A DNA stretch of 64,000 nt, from contig JAHLTZ010000001.1 in NCBI GenBank assembly GCA_025786725.1, positions 744,001 to 808,000 of the forward strand. The letters run 5' to 3'. Shown here piece after piece: positions 12,503 through 27,572 of this stretch (the stretch's first letter is position 1; each line of letters opens with the position of its first letter). The notes beneath the pieces were generated by a model. The model was given only the letters and a program-made list of their open reading frames with translations, had not been told where the DNA came from and ran no database searches. The translations under genes and the position numbers were made by a program. This DNA comes from Syncephalis fuscata S228. Lineage: Eukaryota; Fungi; Zoopagomycota.

Positions 12503-12959
12503 CTAAATATCAAGTATTAACTGTGGAGCAATCTTTTCTAAATGTTCTACATCCAATCGACGTGCCGATGGTTCTTGTTTTGCCTCTGCGGTCGCCCTCA
12601 TAATGGCTTCTATTACAAGTGTAAGGACAGTTGTCGATTACAATAGCCATAGCAAACAGTGCCATTACACAACTTACCCTCAGTAAATGTCATCATTAGT
12701 ACCTTAGCTGCATAAACAGCATCCTTATGAACTTTCATTATATAGAAATACGTATATAACATTAGCTATAACTAAAGTAGTCTACTGGTAGAATATATAC
12801 TTTTTGTTTGTGGATGCTGCCACACTTGTTTGAACACGTCTTGAATGACAGCCTATAATAGCCAATAGAATATAGAGATAGATGTACACGCATTTATAAA
12901 GCATTCTATTTACTCAAATAATGGCCTACCTCTTTGAATTCAACTGGTGTTGGATCCAT
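12503..12959 (-). CDS. MHF2: CENP-X / MHF2 (STRA13) histone-fold protein, 4 exons
   Basis: Spliced product includes TKIHKDAVYAAKVLMMTFTEEAIMRATAEAKQEPSARRLDVEHLEKIAPQLILDI*, matching the CENP-X C-terminus (LEKxxPQLLLDF). Confidence 0.85.
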
Positions 12960-13029
12960 ACGCGATATGAAATTGTAGAGTAATAGGTTTAGAAACAATA
13001 AAAAACGTAAAACAAAATACGTCATGTCA

Positions 13030-13367
13030 ACGCGTCCACTTTTCTTTCTTGCCATTCTTCATGTTCGCCATAGCTATTGCTGAATAGACATTGTTGTCAA
13101 ATAGTTATAATAGTATACTTTATTATTAAAATCCTTGAGTACTGACTATCATTGCTTTAAACATACAACAATTGACGCGTGTTTTATTTAATCTTTTTTT
13201 GATACATATTGGTTTATTGTGTTCATTTTTCGATTTTTACTTACTTTTTGTTTTTCATTGGGTGTGTGCGTGTAATAATCTTTTTCTGTTTACTACTCTG
13301 GCGGTTGATTCAACATTTTCCTACTCTTTTACAGAACGGTTTAGTACACATACAAACACATACGCGT
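13030..13367. promoter_or_regulatory. Three ACGCGT (MCB-like) sites in the divergent MHF2/WD40 promoter
   Basis: ACGCGT at 13030, 13175 and 13362 in an AT-rich 430-bp intergenic region. Confidence 0.35.
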
Positions 13368-13392
13368 AAACAGATCCCGGTCAAGTAATACC

Positions 13393-15824
13393 ATGGCCAA
13401 TACACGTACCAGCAAGGTAGGCGCAGTTGTAGTAATATATACAAAATGACCATTACTGGAATAAGAATTAATGACTTCTGTAGCGTCAGAGCAAAATAGC
13501 CGAACATTTCGTTGATGTGGACATTATTGACATGCTAGAGGATGAGCTTGTACCGAGTTCGGGAGACGACTTTGTTGACAGTGCAATAACGACGACAACG
13601 AAAGATAGTGAAGATAATGAGAAAACGGCCACGGTCAAGGTATAATACAACTACTTTGAGCTATTTAAAACGCGTATTTCCACTATTGTTATTATTACAA
13701 CTAATCATCCATCTAAATAGAAAGTACCAAAGAAACGAGCAACTTCAGGCTATGAGCCGGCAGCTGTACGTAAACTGGCCCAAAAGTATCCTGACCAATA
13801 TTGGCAACATCATGCTGAAAGTGATTCAGGTATGGTTAATTTTGTGGATGAGCAAGAACAAGCTCTCTACTGCATCACTGAAGCTACAATTCATGACCAA
13901 GGTAAGATAATTGATATTAGTACGATAGTAACCATAATGCTAATACTAATACTAATAATGGCTTATAAATCAATATTAGGTCCTATTACGGGTATGAAAC
14001 TATCACCTGATGGCACTATGCTGGCAACATTCTGTAATGTTGGTTGTGTCAAACTATGGGATTTGGAGGACTGGCGTCTATTACGACATTTACGAGACAC
14101 TGAGGTGATAAGTGGAGTTATAATATATTGAAAGTGATCTAATAACATGTAATAACATATTAAACAATGGTAATAGGAACCCAATATAGATGAATTCTAT
14201 GTAGGACAGTTTACACCCAACCAGGCACATCTTATTGTGGCAGGCAAACTAAAGAACCGTGCATTTTGGTCTGAGACAGATGACGATAATCATATTATGT
14301 CGACACCCATTAAAGTACATACTAATAGGCAGTTAATTGAAATATCTAATGATTGTATTAATGGTAATTAGATATTTGACATTGTATCAGGCCAGGTGGT
14401 AGTCAAATTGGAAGGACACGAAGAGGAGGTGATTTGTGTTAAATTGATTGAATTTCAGGGTGACAATTATATTATATCGACAAGTCAAGATGGTTATATT
14501 ATTAAATGGAAAATGGAAAAGGATTGGTGGTAAGTATGAGATGGTAGAGAATGTAAACTTGATTTATAATAACTAACCAATATGAATATATATATAAATA
14601 TATATATATATACAAATTATAGTACGGTAATAGAACATACTCAAATGAAGGATGGCATAACATGTATGGCATTCACCGTTTCGTTTTTACCACATACGGG
14701 CAACAAATACTTTTTAGCTGCTTGTGATGATGGTGTAAAATTATTTGATTTTGAGGCGGCACGGGTAAGTTAATGAGGGAGAGAGAGTTGATGGTAAGCT
14801 GTATATATGTTATTAATAGACAAAGAGTCGATCTATTTGAATCAGCGATAAATATAAGGAAAAAGAATAAAAGACATGCTTATTGATGCTAGATTACGTA
14901 TATATATATACATATACATATACATATAAATACATATAGGTTATTCAAACGTTCGATAATCTCTATTCATCCTATTGTGACTGTGGTAAATTTATTAATT
15001 GTGTCGATATGCCCTACGACGATACTGGTAAACGGCCATACGAGTATTTTATTACACGAGGTGTAGAGCTATTAGATTCGGAGGACTGCACCCTGAGTAC
15101 GTATGCCGCCGTGTCAATAGCACCGCTGACTCGATGCTATCCGTGTAGCCTCGCGACCCAACTCGGTAATTCTACATAAACTAGTGTATCCCACCACAAA
15201 GGGCGGCGTATTTAAATTGGTCGAAGAGAAGCGTTATCAACATGAAGAGTAGGATGATATACCAACAATGAAAACAAGCTAGTAATAACGTCAATGCTTA
15301 GGTATCACTCGAATTCCTGGCTGGTCAAGACCTCTTCGAATGGCCGATTTATACTAGCACCCACACTGAACGGACAGGTGTTTGTATTTGATATTCGATC
15401 TGGAAAGGTTTTGGCAGTGCTTAAAGACTGTGAAGGTAAGAATAATACAAATTGATCGGTTCTCTTGATACTAGCCATTTATTAGAACGAGAGATGCGTG
15501 ACGTGCTATTACATCCAACTCGACCGCTAATATTTACAAGCAGTGATGGTAAGTAGAACAATAAAGCGTTGTTATGGTACTTAATTCTATAACACTATAT
15601 GGGATTATGTCATATGTTTAGATGGAACGGTTAAGGTTTATACGCAAAAAGATTCAATTATCAATGCTACAGATGCTGAAAAAGATGCATTAGCAGAGAC
15701 GATGAAAAGCGTAAATATTAGTCAGGATACAAAAGCTAATGGCGCGGAAACATCGGTCGATATCGATGGCGATACAGGAACAGCAATGAGTGAAGACTCG
15801 GAACATAACATTAATGTCGTATAG
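13393..15824 (+). CDS. WD40-repeat protein (multi-exon)
   Basis: GPITGMKLSPDGTMLATFCNVGCVKLWD, LEGHEEEVICV..STSQDGYIIKW, ACDDGVKLFD, DVLLHPTRPLIFTSSDDGTVKVY; first exon MANTRTSK. Confidence 0.85.
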
Positions 15825-16029
15825 CACGATACAAAAATTATTAATAAAATTAGTTTGTTGTTATTGCTATTAAAGGGTGCTTAAGATACACAAAGGGGAA
15901 ATGATGTGGTGACCAAACACCGCGTAACTGTTCTCCTTTATTATTGTGAATGTATTTTACATGTAGAACCAATACTTTTTTTTGTTAGATCGGATTGTTG
16001 TAAAAGTTAAAAATTAATCGTATTCAAAC

Positions 16030-16944
16030 ATGTGGACAATGATTCGGTCTTGTTTTATGCCATCGGAAACGTGTGAGCTAGCATTGGAACTTGGTCTGGA
16101 GGAACCTTTTGGACAACGACTAAAGCAGTACTTGATGCCATCATTGTTATGTTGTAGTTCAAATGTCGAAAATGAGGGGTATATCCAACTAACTTGTAAC
16201 GATCAATATGAGTACGCCTACGATGAAGATCCAGTATTTGAGCGTTTTATAGCATCGATGAATATAGATAATAGTAATCATAGTAATAATAATAGCAGTA
16301 ATGACAATAATAGTAGTAATGACAGTAACGACAACAACGATAATGAAGAAGATAATGAAGCTAATACTAGTTATTATGGCAGTATTCTTTGTGGTCAATT
16401 ATTTGGTTTATTAAGCACCGGCTGTTATAAAATACAACAGCGTAGATATAGAAGATGTAATACTGAATTAGATCAAATATTTAATGAAGAAATAGACGTC
16501 ATTGATAAAGAAGTCTGGCTACTGCTTAAGGAAGAAGAAGAAAATGAAAATCTTATTAATACACCGCCTCAACTAAATCGACAGAATATGGATGACTTTC
16601 AATGTTGGCTGGACACTCAAGCCGTAGTAAGTGTAATTAGATTAGCATTTTATGTATACTTATTATTCTACAATAATAACAACAACAACAATAATAAGGA
16701 CACCTGTCTTTCGGTAAAGCCATATAAAAGCAGTTCTAGATCATTCTCATTACCGTTATTATGTATGGAGAAACAACCAGATTTGATATCAAGTGATGCT
16801 AGCAGTATTAATATAACTAGTACAGATATCTGTTTAACTTCTACAACTAGTGTTTATAATAGAGAGTTTAGTCTAGATTCATTATCGCTAAAGAAAGTGG
16901 CTGATTTTCAAGTATTTTCAAATACTCTAAACACATCAACATGA
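16030..16944 (+). CDS. Hypothetical protein, Asn/Asp low-complexity
   Basis: 304-aa uninterrupted ORF in AT-rich DNA; no recognisable domain. Confidence 0.5.
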   Translation: MWTMIRSCFMPSETCELALELGLEEPFGQRLKQYLMPSLLCCSSNVENEGYIQLTCNDQYEYAYDEDPVFERFIASMNIDNSNHSNNNSSNDNNSSNDSNDNNDNEEDNEANTSYYGSILCGQLFGLLSTGCYKIQQRRYRRCNTELDQIFNEEIDVIDKEVWLLLKEEEENENLINTPPQLNRQNMDDFQCWLDTQAVVSVIRLAFYVYLLFYNNNNNNNNKDTCLSVKPYKSSSRSFSLPLLCMEKQPDLISSDASSINITSTDICLTSTTSVYNREFSLDSLSLKKVADFQVFSNTLNTST

Positions 16945-17171
16945 TATCAATGATTAATTTATTGAATAATAGCAAATTATTAAATAAATAAACTAAATAA
17001 ACTTCATATTGTTATGATAGTCTTTAAATACAGTAATAAAATGAATGTTATTAATAACACAGCACGAATAAAGGTAAAGCATTGCTATTCCTTCATTTCT
17101 TTTGCAAAATACACATTTTGTTATTGTCTCATAATACAAATCCAATTTATAAAAATGAATAATAAACGGAA

Positions 17172-19564
17172 TTAACGTCGGGCCGCTGCCTTTTCTTTCT
17201 TTGCTCGTTCCTTATCAATCTCGTGTACAGCCGGCAATGGTTGTAGACTAAAGTGCAAGTTAGATATACAGATATGGTCTTTTTACTACGAATCTTTCTT
17301 GTCCTACTTACCTTGATGGGTCAAGACTGCCGCGTTCATTAATAAAATAAGGCAAGCAAAGTGCATCCATGGCTGTGACACGTTTGGCCGGATCCAGTGC
17401 TAATAGCTGCTCAAGTAGCTCAAAGGCATCTTCTTGTGGTACACGCCATTTGGCTTTATTAATACCAGTGCCAGCTGCACGATTTCTACATTATTTAATT
17501 ATTATCATTGGCATCGAATGCTTAGTATAATTATTTTATTAAAACTACATGTCGTAAACCTACCTTTCAATGATTAGTTTTTCAATCGATTTACGCATTT
17601 GCGGCTGCCCCTCCGACTGTGGCTTAAGTGATTTCCACAGTGGCAAGTGTTGCCAGCGTTGTTCCAATTCTTGATCCGGTGTACCGCGGTACGTCCATAT
17701 CTTTGTGACTTGATCGGCATCGGTAATGCCTGGCATAAGTGCTTCACGTATCATCATTTCGCCAAATACACAGCTAATTGATTGGTTAATTATGGTATTT
17801 ACATGTTTGTAGAGTTATTATCTTTATGCTCACCCTACACTCCAAATATCAATTGCTCGGGTGTATTGATCATCGCCTAGAAACAGTTCTGGTGCTCGAT
17901 ACCACCGAGTAACGACCGACATCGTGTAGCGTCTATTATGCTCATCTGGATCTACCGGCCGGGCAAGACCAAGATCGGCAATTTTAAGCTCTCCTTTACC
18001 GCTAATTAATAGATTGGCCGCTATTAAAACAATAAACAATATATTAATCTATCGATTAGCTACCATTCCTATTGTTTGCCCTTTAGTAATACCTACTTTT
18101 TATGTCACGATGTATAATATTGTTCTACAATCGCGAAACACACTGATGAACTGTCTATAATGCTGTAGTAACAAATAAACTTACACAGTGTAAATAGGCA
18201 AGCCCTTCTAGTAGTTGTTTCATCAATATCTTTACATCCTGCTGCATCAGAATAAAGTTTTCGTTTGCTAGCACGCCGGCCAAGTCCGATTGCATGTATG
18301 GGAATGCCATGTAGTATATACTCTTCTCGTTCTTCATACGGTCACCTAATTATGGGTATTATAAGTAAGTACAACTTCAATCACATCCAAATAGGTTTTC
18401 TTTTCTTTTCTTTTAAACTAACCTCGCACAATAGCCATACCCAGTAATTCAATGACATTCTTATGATTTAACGATTTAAGAATCTTGATTTCACGAATAG
18501 CCGTAATTGGCAACTAAATACAATTATGATTATTATACATTCTATCATTTAGACTGTGATCTAGTCACAGTGAAACACGCACATCAGGTCGATTAATACC
18601 GTTATCGCGATCTATAATAATACGTTTAAGAGCCACTTCATCGCCTGTCTTTTTATTACGACCCTGTAGTACCACACTATTAGTGTAATTAATAATTAGT
18701 TAGATGTTGCTTATTATTTATATCTAAAGTATCGGCTTACCCAAATGTACCAGCACCCACGCGATTACTTTCAGTAAAATCAAAATCATCCACCGAAAAT
18801 GCACCCATTAACGAAATATTACCAAACCGAGTCTTTGGTTTACGTATATTAGATGTTTCAAGCGCTTTACGTGCTTCTTGAACTCGTGCATCAAGTAATT
18901 CGCCATCTCGTGCAATCGCTGCCTCTTGAAGATGACGAGCTCTTTTTCCATCTGAACGTTTTCCACTACCACCTGTACCTGGATCAACATCATTGGCCGT
19001 ACGTTTTGCGCTCATTGATCGTGACCGTTGATCAGAACGCGACTCGAGATGTGCTGGTCCATTATGGCGATGTCCACTTCGATTAGCCGATGACGAATAG
19101 CCATGAGGACTAACAAGTCGTGAGTGACTATTACTGCCACCATTATTATTATAACGATGGTGGTGATGATGGCTGTGGTCATTGGCACCGCCATTGTTGC
19201 TATGGTTGTTATAACGAGATCGTCCATAGCCTTCACGTTCATGGTTTATTTCTGAATGTGAACGTGACATTGAATTATAGCGTCGATCGCTATAGTGACC
19301 ACCAGCGCTAAAATTGCCACTTGAGCGCGTACCAGACAAATGACCATCATCAGATAGTGGTGGTGGCGGCGGTGGAGCACCACTTGGCGGCTTTGGAAAC
19401 TCATCAGAGGGCATACACTCGCCTGGTTCCAGCTCGCCTTCTTCGCGATCTTCTTCACTTACTACCGATTGACTATCGGCAGTACTTAGAATCGATTTAT
19501 CCTGCGCCGATGCAGCATCATCGCCTTCTACTGCGCTATTAACGGCAACTAAAGACGATGACAT
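17172..19564 (-). CDS. BUR1: CDK9/Bur1-family transcriptional cyclin-dependent kinase (multi-exon)
   Basis: [24 protein letters not shown] cyclin-binding helix, [30 protein letters not shown]; long disordered N-terminus. Confidence 0.88.
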
Positions 19565-19829
19565 GCTATGGATGATTGAGTAATTCTGTATTGATCTAGT
19601 TGGATTTGAATAAGATCGAATCAGTCCCGTGTCCGTCTATCTATTATATGTCAGTGTAGAAAAGGCTAATCTGGCACTAGAAGTACTTTTGAATAACCGT
19701 TGACTAATAACGTAGCACTAGATAAAGAAGAAGAAAGAAGAATAAGAGTAACAGATAGATCGATCAAGATTGATAGATAGAGGAAGAAAGCAAGCAAGCA
19801 AGTAGACGAGATGTACAGTGATTATTACC

Positions 19830-19851
19830 CACACACACACACACACACACC
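19830..19851. repeat. (CA)n microsatellite
   Basis: cacacacacacacacacac seen directly. Confidence 0.85.
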
Positions 19852-20212
19852 CAGATGAATAAAAAGTAATTATTGGGGGATATTAATAGTAATAGGAACA
19901 ATAATAAAGATTATTGATGGATTAACAATGTTCATTTCGGTGTTTAATTTCACTTGGCGGCAATATCTCGAAACGTCAACATTGGTGGCTATTTTTTACT
20001 CTCTTTCTTTCTTGATTCATTTTCTCTCTTTACCGTAAGCTCTTTCTTCCACTCTTCCACTCGATCTCTTACTGGCCAATTAGGCACGTGTGTACAGGTA
20101 AATAATATCTGTTGTTCTTATTATTACTATTGTTATGTTGACTCGTTTTGCTGACTCTTTTCTATACACGTTTAACTAGCCTGTCGATTGATTATAACCA
20201 ACCACTTTTACA

Positions 20213-22881
<2,669 letters not shown>

Positions 22882-22962
22882 ATGTTTTATTCGATAATAA
22901 TGACATTGAATAAATAAATAATTATAATCGACTATTATTAATTAGTTTATTTATTGCACAAT

Positions 22963-23892
22963 TTATCGTCGTGTTGTCTTTTTCATTGCTTTCACGCCTT
23001 TACTACCTCGATCGGCTGCTCGGTCAAGAAATGCTTGCTTTTCCAAATATCTAATTAATAAATAGTTCATTACTATTAAAATGGCTATATTTACAATTTA
23101 TCATTCTTTTTATTACTAACCCATCCTTATTGACAAAGGTTAGTTCATCTCGAATACCTTCACGATCAACAAACGAATCCCAGTCAGATTTTGAACACTC
23201 GAGTGTATTGGTATGCGCGGCTTTTTTGTTCTAACTATCTGAGCTGCTTCTGACTTGCCCAAATACGATGCGATAATATCCTCTCTATTCTTGCGTCGTC
23301 GTCCATGTTTAGCACTGCTTTTTTGTTGTTGTGCATTTGGTATAGCCGCTGTTACTGTTGGTTCATTTTTAGTCTCGTCTGTACTATTAGTGGATGTTGT
23401 TGTTGTCTCTGTTATTATATCTGTTGCTGTTGTTGTTGACGATGACGCTTTTAAAGCATCAACATTATTTTCATTAGAAGAGATGGTGTTGGTTGTATCA
23501 AGTGTATGAATTGGGCTATCCCCTTCTTTTACAGTATTATTAGATTTGCTATCATTTGGTATTGCTGCTATCTTTGTTGCAGTGCTATTTCCCATAGCAA
23601 GCCATGCTTCTTGGACACGATTACGACGCTCATTCGTTAATTCTGCCGTTTCTCTAGTAGATTAAGGTAAGATTGTAATTTATACTTGGATTGCGCCTTT
23701 TGCCTGACAGTAACTTACACGATCTGTTCTGTATCTGTTTCGTTTTCGCTTATTTCGTCATTAGATAGATCTGAAGCTAATATAGTTAGTAGATTGCTAT
23801 GCTTTTCATTACTTTAGTTCAGTACCTGGCTTGTAGTCTGAGTCGTTGGATTCAGAATCGGTATTTTGATCATGAGCAAAGTAAGTAGACAT
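22963..23892 (-). CDS. SWC5: Swc5/CFDP1 BCNT-domain protein (SWR1 complex); one apparent frameshift near 23215
   Basis: Acidic N-terminus DSESNDSDYKP; C-terminal BCNT motif NTLECSKSDWDSFVDREGIRDELTFVNKDG-YLEKQAFL. Confidence 0.8.
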
Positions 23893-24556
23893 GTTGGCCA
23901 ATAAGAAAATGACGACACATCAAAATGTGTTATTTTATATGTGACGTTCTATCTTGGACACTACAGTAATTGTTATATATATATATATACTTTAGAAGTA
24001 ATTAAATACAATCAGTGTATTTCATTTTAGATTAATAAATTATATAATACAATTTAAGAAGAGAGGCACTTTTAAAGTCATAACTTACAGTTACATCTTT
24101 AATATGAATAGAAAATAAACGTTATGAGCGCATAATCTACACTGGATTATGTCTCTAAAAGTAAGCAATTATAAAATGACAGTAAATGACTTGGATGCAT
24201 GGTGACTTGAGTGCTAGCAATAAAGAATAATTAGCTGCTATATAAATAATTTATTAAACAAAAGTTCATATACTACTATTCGTTTAATAATCAATATGTC
24301 ATTTTAATTTATACAAAAAATTGCTGAATGTTTATTATATTATATAAACCTTAAAAATATTATTCAAAATGCTGTGTTAAATAATTAGTATCATGTATGT
24401 ATAATAAAAATCTAATGATTAAAGGTTGAATTGAATATACCAAAAAATTGGCGATATTTCAAATTTACTAATAATACAGTTTTCTAAAATAAATATTATT
24501 TATTGAATAAGATGAAATAAACAGAATTTAATATTCAGTGCAGTGTTGTTTTCTAA

Positions 24557-26047
24557 TTAGTATGAAACTTTTAATGCTGATCCATTGTCATTTTGGGATT
24601 TAAGCCATAGGTTATACGCTTCTTTACGTAACGGTTCGAAACGAGGCCGCTTCAATTTGTGTAATATTACTTTGCATGTACGACCCAATGGAGTAATATC
24701 TTTTTGAAGCATTTCTTTCCATAGCCGCTCAGCATGATTCCAATGGATACGGGTCCAGCAGGCGTATTTAATCAACAGATGGTAGGTGTAAGCGTCAGGC
24801 GCAATGCTATTTTGTTGCATTCGCTCTAGTAGTGCCAGATGTACTTCAAACTCTGCCTTATACTGTGCTGCTATAAACTCGTTAAAAGTGGAGACATTTG
24901 GTAGGATTGGTAATGTACCATCAGGAGGTTGGATTGATTCAGTTAACAGTCGGTAGATTCGTGTAGCGCCCTCAATATCACCAGCCCGTTTATAAGCACG
25001 AATGGCACGATTAAAAGTGTGTACTGTTGGAGGTGGTAAAGGGAATTCCGGTTCTGCCATTCGGTTAGCTGACCGTGATTGGCTTTTAAACTTGCTACGT
25101 GAATTAGTGCCGTTTGCTGCAGTTTTCCTTTCGCTATCATTTGAATTGACGGCTAATTCGGATACAAGCAGCGTCTCAAATCCCTTATAGCCATTTGTTT
25201 CTAGCCGTTGTCGCAACAAACGAGTCGTGCCTTCTGGATGTCCAACCAGACCTTGTAAATCACCGAGTAAATCGTAGGTTAAGCTGTCTGGTGCCACGCC
25301 TTGCTGATGCATCTCCCGTACAATCTTATAACACATCACGACGGCACGGGTACGTACATGTGCATCTAAACGAGCATTCCATGCAAACAGACTAGGTTGC
25401 CAGCTATTATTCGTCACCATAGTTTGCCATATACGTTCCACATCAGCTACATTTCCCCGTCGGCCAAGAATTAACAGTGCAGCTGCAAAATCACGCATAT
25501 CAGGTCGATATTGATGAACAATGAAATTGTTCAGAATCTGCAATGCACGCGCACACTGAACTTCATCTATATTCGACGGTACTTCACCAACATCCTCTTC
25601 GTCTTCTGCCTTTTTCCCGCCAATAGTGCCATTTACAAAAAGATTTGACTGCATAGTAGTATTTCCCACTGTATTGCATAGTGCACGCAGTAGACGTGAA
25701 TGATCTTCCGCTTTAAGTTGAGACAAAAAGCCTGTATGCTGTAGCATTGTATATAATTTCCAGGCTTCCTCAAACTGTCCACGTAGTATATAGGCACGGA
25801 ATCTTAATAAATTTTCGTTAATATCATGTTGAGGCAACAGCGCTGCACGATGATGCCGATCTGTTACTGGTGGCGCCGGTAGATCGGACGCGCCATTTAA
25901 AGTTGAGCTTTTTGGTGTTGTGCTGAGCCATTGCTTTCCAGCTGACAAAATATAGCCTGTACTAGGTAGCAGCTTATGTTGTACCTCTGCTCTCGTCGAG
26001 GTGGCAGCTAAACGCATACCAGTGCGCTGGAGTGGACGTGTAAACAT
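24557..26047 (-). CDS. Mitochondrial pentatricopeptide repeat (PPR) protein; the 5' end may extend further
   Basis: Repeats PSLFAWNARLDAH, PDSLTYDLL, PTVHTFNRAIRAY, PNVSTFNEFIAA, PDAYTYHLLIKY; R/T/L-rich N-terminus. Confidence 0.85.
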   Translation of the reverse strand: MFTRPLQRTGMRLAATSTRAEVQHKLLPSTGYILSAGKQWLSTTPKSSTLNGASDLPAPPVTDRHHRAALLPQHDINENLLRFRAYILRGQFEEAWKLYTMLQHTGFLSQLKAEDHSRLLRALCNTVGNTTMQSNLFVNGTIGGKKAEDEEDVGEVPSNIDEVQCARALQILNNFIVHQYRPDMRDFAAALLILGRRGNVADVERIWQTMVTNNSWQPSLFAWNARLDAHVRTRAVVMCYKIVREMHQQGVAPDSLTYDLLGDLQGLVGHPEGTTRLLRQRLETNGYKGFETLLVSELAVNSNDSERKTAANGTNSRSKFKSQSRSANRMAEPEFPLPPPTVHTFNRAIRAYKRAGDIEGATRIYRLLTESIQPPDGTLPILPNVSTFNEFIAAQYKAEFEVHLALLERMQQNSIAPDAYTYHLLIKYACWTRIHWNHAERLWKEMLQKDITPLGRTCKVILHKLKRPRFEPLRKEAYNLWLKSQNDNGSALKVSY

Positions 26048-26505
26048 ACTACAAAATTGGCGATAGCCAGAAAAAAGAAAATCCCACAATCCTCTCTACT
26101 ATTTCCGGTACACGCTGACCACCAGCTAGTGTGACCCGGCTTTTGCTCGATGCTCCTACGCGCACAGAGTCGCGCCTTATCTTATAAAGGCAACATTAGT
26201 TTCGGCCAATGTTATCTTTCCCGTAGATGAGTCGCGCTAGTGTATCGTTATAATAGCCGCGCAGCGCTTGTCGTTGTTGTGGGCTTGTGCATCAGGCAAA
26301 TCGGCTACTGTGGCATCTGTCACCGTGTAGCCAAATTGTTCACAATTGTACACACATTCCATTCTACCAATTAATTAACAATAACGAATCAGCAATAATG
26401 TTATATCAATACAAATGGATATAACAGCTTTTTAATTTTTTAAAATAAAGCAAAGTTTTGTATTTCAAGCTGTGCTTTATTTTACTTGTGTTCTTGCCAA
26501 TCGCC

Positions 26506-27514
26506 ATGTCCTTGTCCACCATTGGATATCGGTACTTGGGCGTAGTCCCGTATAGAGCAGCGTTTGAGCTACAACGGTCCTTGGTGGAGTATCGACTGGC
26601 GGCACGCAAGCAGATTGAGAATGACGGCACCTGGGAGCAAGACGTTTTATTGCTGCTGCAGCATCCTCCTGTGTACACCACGGGTATTCGCCGCTTTGCT
26701 TTGCGCAACACAGTCAAAGAAGACAGCAATCATGAAGAGGAGCGCTTACGACTTACGCGTTTAGGTGCAGATTACGTTCAGGTAAGCTTGGTTGTTAAAT
26801 GACTTGTGTTACTTTTAACGGTGATATAGACACGTCGTGGTGGACAAATTACATTTCATGGGCCTGGCCAGCTTGTAGGCTATCCTCTATTGGATTTGAA
26901 TAGTCGCAAGGTACATTTGAAAATGAATATTTTATTAGTTTATATTGATACAGATGTAGCTGGGTGTACGTAATTACGTTTGCTATCTAGAAAAGACGTT
27001 AATTGCCAGTTGTGCACATTATGGATTGGCAGCTGATGCCTCCAAGGAAACAGGCGTTTGGATTGGTAATGACAAGATTGCTGCCATTGGTAAATAAGCA
27101 TTTAGATATGAGTATAGCCTGCTAAACAATATATAGGTCTTGATATACGTCGTTATTTGACAAGTCATGGATTTGCTTTGAATTGTAATACCGATCTGGA
27201 CTGGTTTAAACATATTATTCCGTGTGGACTGGACAATCGTGGTGTTACATCTATTTCACAAGCATTAAGCGAACAACAACAGCAATGTAATAATAAAAAC
27301 ACTGGTAGATGTGGGATAATACACGAGTATTAATAATTGTAATTTATTATCTAGTAAATACAAAAAATGGCGCGCCCATTATTACAGTAGAAGATGCTGT
27401 ACCTGTTGTAGTGGATGCCATGGCAAGTCATTCAATAGCACTATACAACCTTTGGAACAATTACATCCGGTATTATCGCGGAATATCGATCAATTACTTA
27501 TCAAGTATGCTTAA
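26506..27514 (+). CDS. LIP2: Lipoyl(octanoyl)transferase LipB/Lip2 (multi-exon; apparent frameshift near 27420)
   Basis: [59 protein letters not shown]. Confidence 0.93.
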
Positions 27515-27572
27515 TAAAATAAATCGCATATGTTTTACCCATGATTATTGTGTTGAGTGGTTGGGTAATTAT

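Noticed and set aside
479-12959. CENP-P and CENP-X as a kinetochore gene cluster
   Set aside because: More than 10 kb apart with unrelated genes between; compatible with chance
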